A DNA stretch of 64,000 nucleotides from positions 45,260,001 through 45,324,000 of the forward strand of contig NC_082714.1 of assembly GCF_030144855.1 (NCBI RefSeq), given 5' to 3'. The position numbers were made by a program, and so were the translations under genes. Shown here one piece after another: positions 60,711-64,000 of this stretch (positions are counted from its first letter, which is position 1; every line of letters begins with the position of its first letter). The notes under the pieces were generated by a model that ran no database searches, was not told the DNA's origin, and worked only from the letters and a program-made list of their open reading frames with translations. The stretch comes from Hypanus sabinus (taxonomy: Eukaryota).

Positions 60711-61164
60711 CTGGCTTGCGAATTTATGAGTGGGATCTTGTATGCAGAAAATATGGACTGTGTCAACGGACTGCACTTCACTATATCTGTGAATGAATAA
60801 GTACAGTATATCAATAACATAATCATTTGAATGTTGAGAAGTTATTTAATCATTGAATGAGTGTCTTATTCAGATTGGCTTATAAATGAATCTAAACCTG
60901 AATGTTTTTTTTTCTCCTTGAACATACTATAGTGGGAATAACATTGACATTAGTTAAGCATGGCCTGCTGCTGGTAATGAAGAAGGAGTTCAGCGACTTT
61001 GACATAATTAAATTGCCTGCTGCAGTTCTTAACATTAGCAATGACTTTACTTCCCAACTACATTGTTACAACAGTCCAGCAGTAGTTTACATAAAGACAT
61101 AAAGCATCTCACATACTCGGGCGCATTCGGAAACAGCTGCAGCATCAAAACTAATTGCAAAGCA

Positions 61165-61780
61165 AAACCCACAAAATTCTGGAGGAACTCAGCAAGTCGG
61201 GCAGACACCAAGATTAATTAACAGGCAATGTTTCGGGCTGAGACACTTCTTCAGGACTGGAATGTGGAAGATGGAAGGTGGAAGACACCAGAATAAAGAA
61301 GGTAGGGGGAGGTAAAGAACGCTAGCTGGAAAGTGATAGGTGATGTCAAATGGGTGGGAAAGGTCAAAGGCTGGAGAAGAAGGAATCTGATACGAGAGGA
61401 GAATGGACCATAGGAGAAAGGGAATGGAGAGGTGACTCAAGCAGGAGGTGATAAGCAGGCCTGGAGAGATAAAAGGCCAAAGAGAAGAATAGAAGAAGAG
61501 GGGAGGTGCAGAGAAAAATACATAATCACAAGGAGAAATTGAAATTCACGGCATTGGGTTGGAGGCTACCCAGACGGAATATAAAGTGTTGCTCCTCCAC
61601 CCTGGGGTTGGTCTCCTCTTGACACAAAAGGAGACCGACAAGTCAGAACAGGAATGGGAATCAAAATTGAAATATTTGGCCACCAGGAAGTTCTGCTTTT
61701 GGCAGATGGAGTGGAGCTGTTCAATGATACGGTCCCCCAATTTACAACAGGTCTCACCGACGTAGAGGAGTACTGACTGC
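61165..61780 (-). mobile_element. Penelope-like element 3' fragment with hammerhead motif at 61221-61260
   Basis: LLYVGET...LGDRI.EQL (ORF 61546-61803); CCAGUC-CUGAAGA-AGUGUCUCAGCCC-GAAA-CAUU-GCCUG. Confidence 0.85.
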
Positions 61781-62216
61781 CAAAGGACTTTGTTGATTTC
61801 CAAATGGACAAATACAAATTTTTTTTAAAGTTGTTTTTTGGCACATTTATTGCACAAAGCTGGTAAAAATGAATGATCTGTTCAGATTGTGGTGGTGAAA
61901 GCTCGAGGCTCTCTGTATCAATGCTCTGCCAGAATGTGCTTCTGGAATCGGGGAGCAGAATTTGCTGTCTCTTCAGAAAGTAACAGTAAACCACCAACTC
62001 TATGGCCCTTTGCAGCTTTCTTGTGAGGAGCTCATGACGAAGACATGAAACTACAAAACGATTCTGCTTAAAGATAACAGATACCCTGAAGAAAATGTCA
62101 CACTCCGTTTCCTAGCTTTTCCTGTTATTCGGAGGGCAGGTGTTGGGGGGGGGGGAGGGGTTGGCGGTTGAGTTCTTAAAACTATGGTTTTCAATGGGAA
62201 TGTCCACTTCATTATT

Positions 62217-62792
62217 CTTTCTTTTTACAATATTTTTATTCAGAAGAAAAAAAACAAGATTTACAGAGTGCAACACATAGATACATCTCAACATAACTTG
62301 TGTACATTCATATGTTGTAATAAAATTGATCAAAATGTTATAGCATAACACATAAAGGTATACAAAGGTGTACCACTCTGTAATCAAAAATTTAAAGATC
62401 GGTCATACATCATAAAAGAAATTTTTTATATAAAAAAAAAGTCAACCCCCTACTAACTGCCAAAGAAAAAAGCTGATGGATGACAATGGATAACTAGAAA
62501 AAAACCATATTCACTTAAGAAGAGAAGATAAAAATATGCATAAAAGTCTGTGCACTGTTAAACTTTATAAATTGGAAAAGTAATTTAGGAAAGGTCCCCA
62601 AATATCATAAAAAGATTGTTTTGAATTTAAGATTGAGCAGCGGATCTTTTCTAAATTTAAATAGGACATAATATCATGTAGCCATTGAAGATGTGTAGGA
62701 GGGGTAGACTCCTTCCATTTAAGCAAGATTGCTCTTCTTACTAAAAGAGAGGTAAAAACTAAAACCTGTAGGTTAGTAGTATTTAAAGTCTG
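62217..62792 (-). mobile_element. L1-clade LINE 3' fragment
   Basis: ORF 62565-62798 LLVRRAILLKWKE..PP...WL..IM..L.LEKIR...F..IW.PF; AATAAA plus A-rich tail; 10-bp TSD CTTCATTATT (62207-62216, 62793-62802). Confidence 0.85.
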
Positions 62793-63689
62793 CTTCATTA
62801 TTGAGGTTGAATCTGCAGACCAAACCTAGAATGGCAAGATGGAGACAGGTTGGGGGGGGAACATGGATATGTAGATTTTCTGAGGTCCCTCACAAAGGTT
62901 AAAGCCATACATGGAGCATACGGAGATACCTAGCTGACTGAAGAAGATTCCATGACCACCTATAGCAACGGGCTGCTTATTGTCAAATCAGGCAAGAACT
63001 GCCTACTGGATTTTATAAGTTGTAATTGTTTTTAGCTCTACTTTTGTGGTTCCGACCCATAGTAATTCTTCATTGTATGTGCATGCTGAGCATTGCAGCA
63101 GTAACTTCAAGCCAATGACAGTCACAGATAACTATCTTTTTTATACTATTGAAATACATGTTTCTATCAACAATATCTAAAGGAGATGTTCTCAGCATCT
63201 GTATTGAGAATAGGTTTATTGGCTTCTAGGATAGTTCTGACTATAACTGCCCTTTCCATTGAATTAATAGTAGCAGAGATAAAAGGAGGAAGGGTGGAAA
63301 AAGGGAGATTTCATGCGACAGAAGTTAAAGCGTTGGTGGGGGGGAGTGGGGGAAAGTGACAGGGGTTAACTTGGAGGGAAGGAGAGAAGTAATCTAAAGT
63401 GGAATCCCGACCACCCAGAAAATATGTTAAAGGGAAAAATCTTCTGACTGCCAGTAAAAAGATACGACTGCATTATAAATTAACCATCTCTCAGATGATG
63501 CCCAGGGGTTTTAAGATTTTATTTGCTTTGTGTTAAAAGCTGTGCACAGTGAGCTCAGCAGTGATCAACTTGTGATTTGCATTATGAATGCTACATTTAA
63601 TAAAATGCATAAACCCTGAAATCAAATTACTTCAGATGTGTTATGACACTGGTTTGATCTCAGGGCGGTGGGACGATTACCAAGACTAG

Positions 63690-64000
63690 TGAACATTTGT
63701 GCCTCATACTCATGATGTCTGATTATCAATGAAATATCAAGTCCTCCATAGAACTCCAAATCCCTGGGAGTTCGCATCATGGATGACCTCAGCTGGCCCC
63801 TTAATATCGCCTCTTGGAACAAGAAGGTACAGTCGTGCCTCCACTTCCTAAGAAGACTGAGGCAAGTGAGACTCCACAAACCCCCTCCCTCCATCTTAAT
63901 TGTGTTTTACAGCAGCACCATTTGGGGTGCCCTGACAAGTTGCATCTCCATCTGGCGTGGGAGCAGCCAAGCACTGGACCAGAAGTCTCAGAGGGCTCCT
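63690..64000 (+). mobile_element. Rex1-type LINE fragment running off the window
   Basis: KSLGVRIMDDLSW.LNI....KKVQSCLHFLRRLRQ and FYSSTI.G.LTSCISIW.GS. Confidence 0.8.

Noticed and set aside
1-64000. Remaining 60-140-aa ORFs in the track
   Set aside because: Antisense or alternate frames of transposons, or chance frames, many with non-ATG starts; no recognisable domains.

Overview
This is eukaryotic, repeat-dense, non-genic or intronic DNA, not a prokaryotic locus. The repeat set (HE1/V-SINE-type tRNA SINEs, abundant CR1 LINEs, Rex1/Babar-type LINEs, Penelope-like elements ending in 'aacacacacaaaatgctgg') suggests a cartilaginous fish, probably a ray; this is inference, not a database result. 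Almost every long ORF is a transposon remnant or a chance frame. Elements bounded directly from target-site duplications (TSDs): a full-length CR1 with intact esterase-type ORF1 and dead ORF2 (7792-11796), a full-length degraded RTE LINE (52372-57806), four solo LTRs, an internally deleted hAT transposon, a Tc1/mariner MITE, an L1 3' fragment and a 212-bp Penelope-derived hairpin. The most unusual observations are: (1) the RTE has an inverted 5' end, and the inverted piece folds as an HDV-like self-cleaving ribozyme; (2) a family of ~0.9-kb non-coding retroposons with a YY1-motif head and a Rex1-like tail is present three times; (3) Penelope termini carry minimal hammerhead ribozymes; (4) two R4/Dong-type fragments both sit antisense in the microsatellite-like tract of Rex1 3' UTRs. 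Two short minus-strand candidate exons hint at an unnamed host gene with very long introns. No rRNA, true tRNA, CRISPR array or nameable host gene is supported. All calls were read by eye; boundaries without a stated TSD are approximate.
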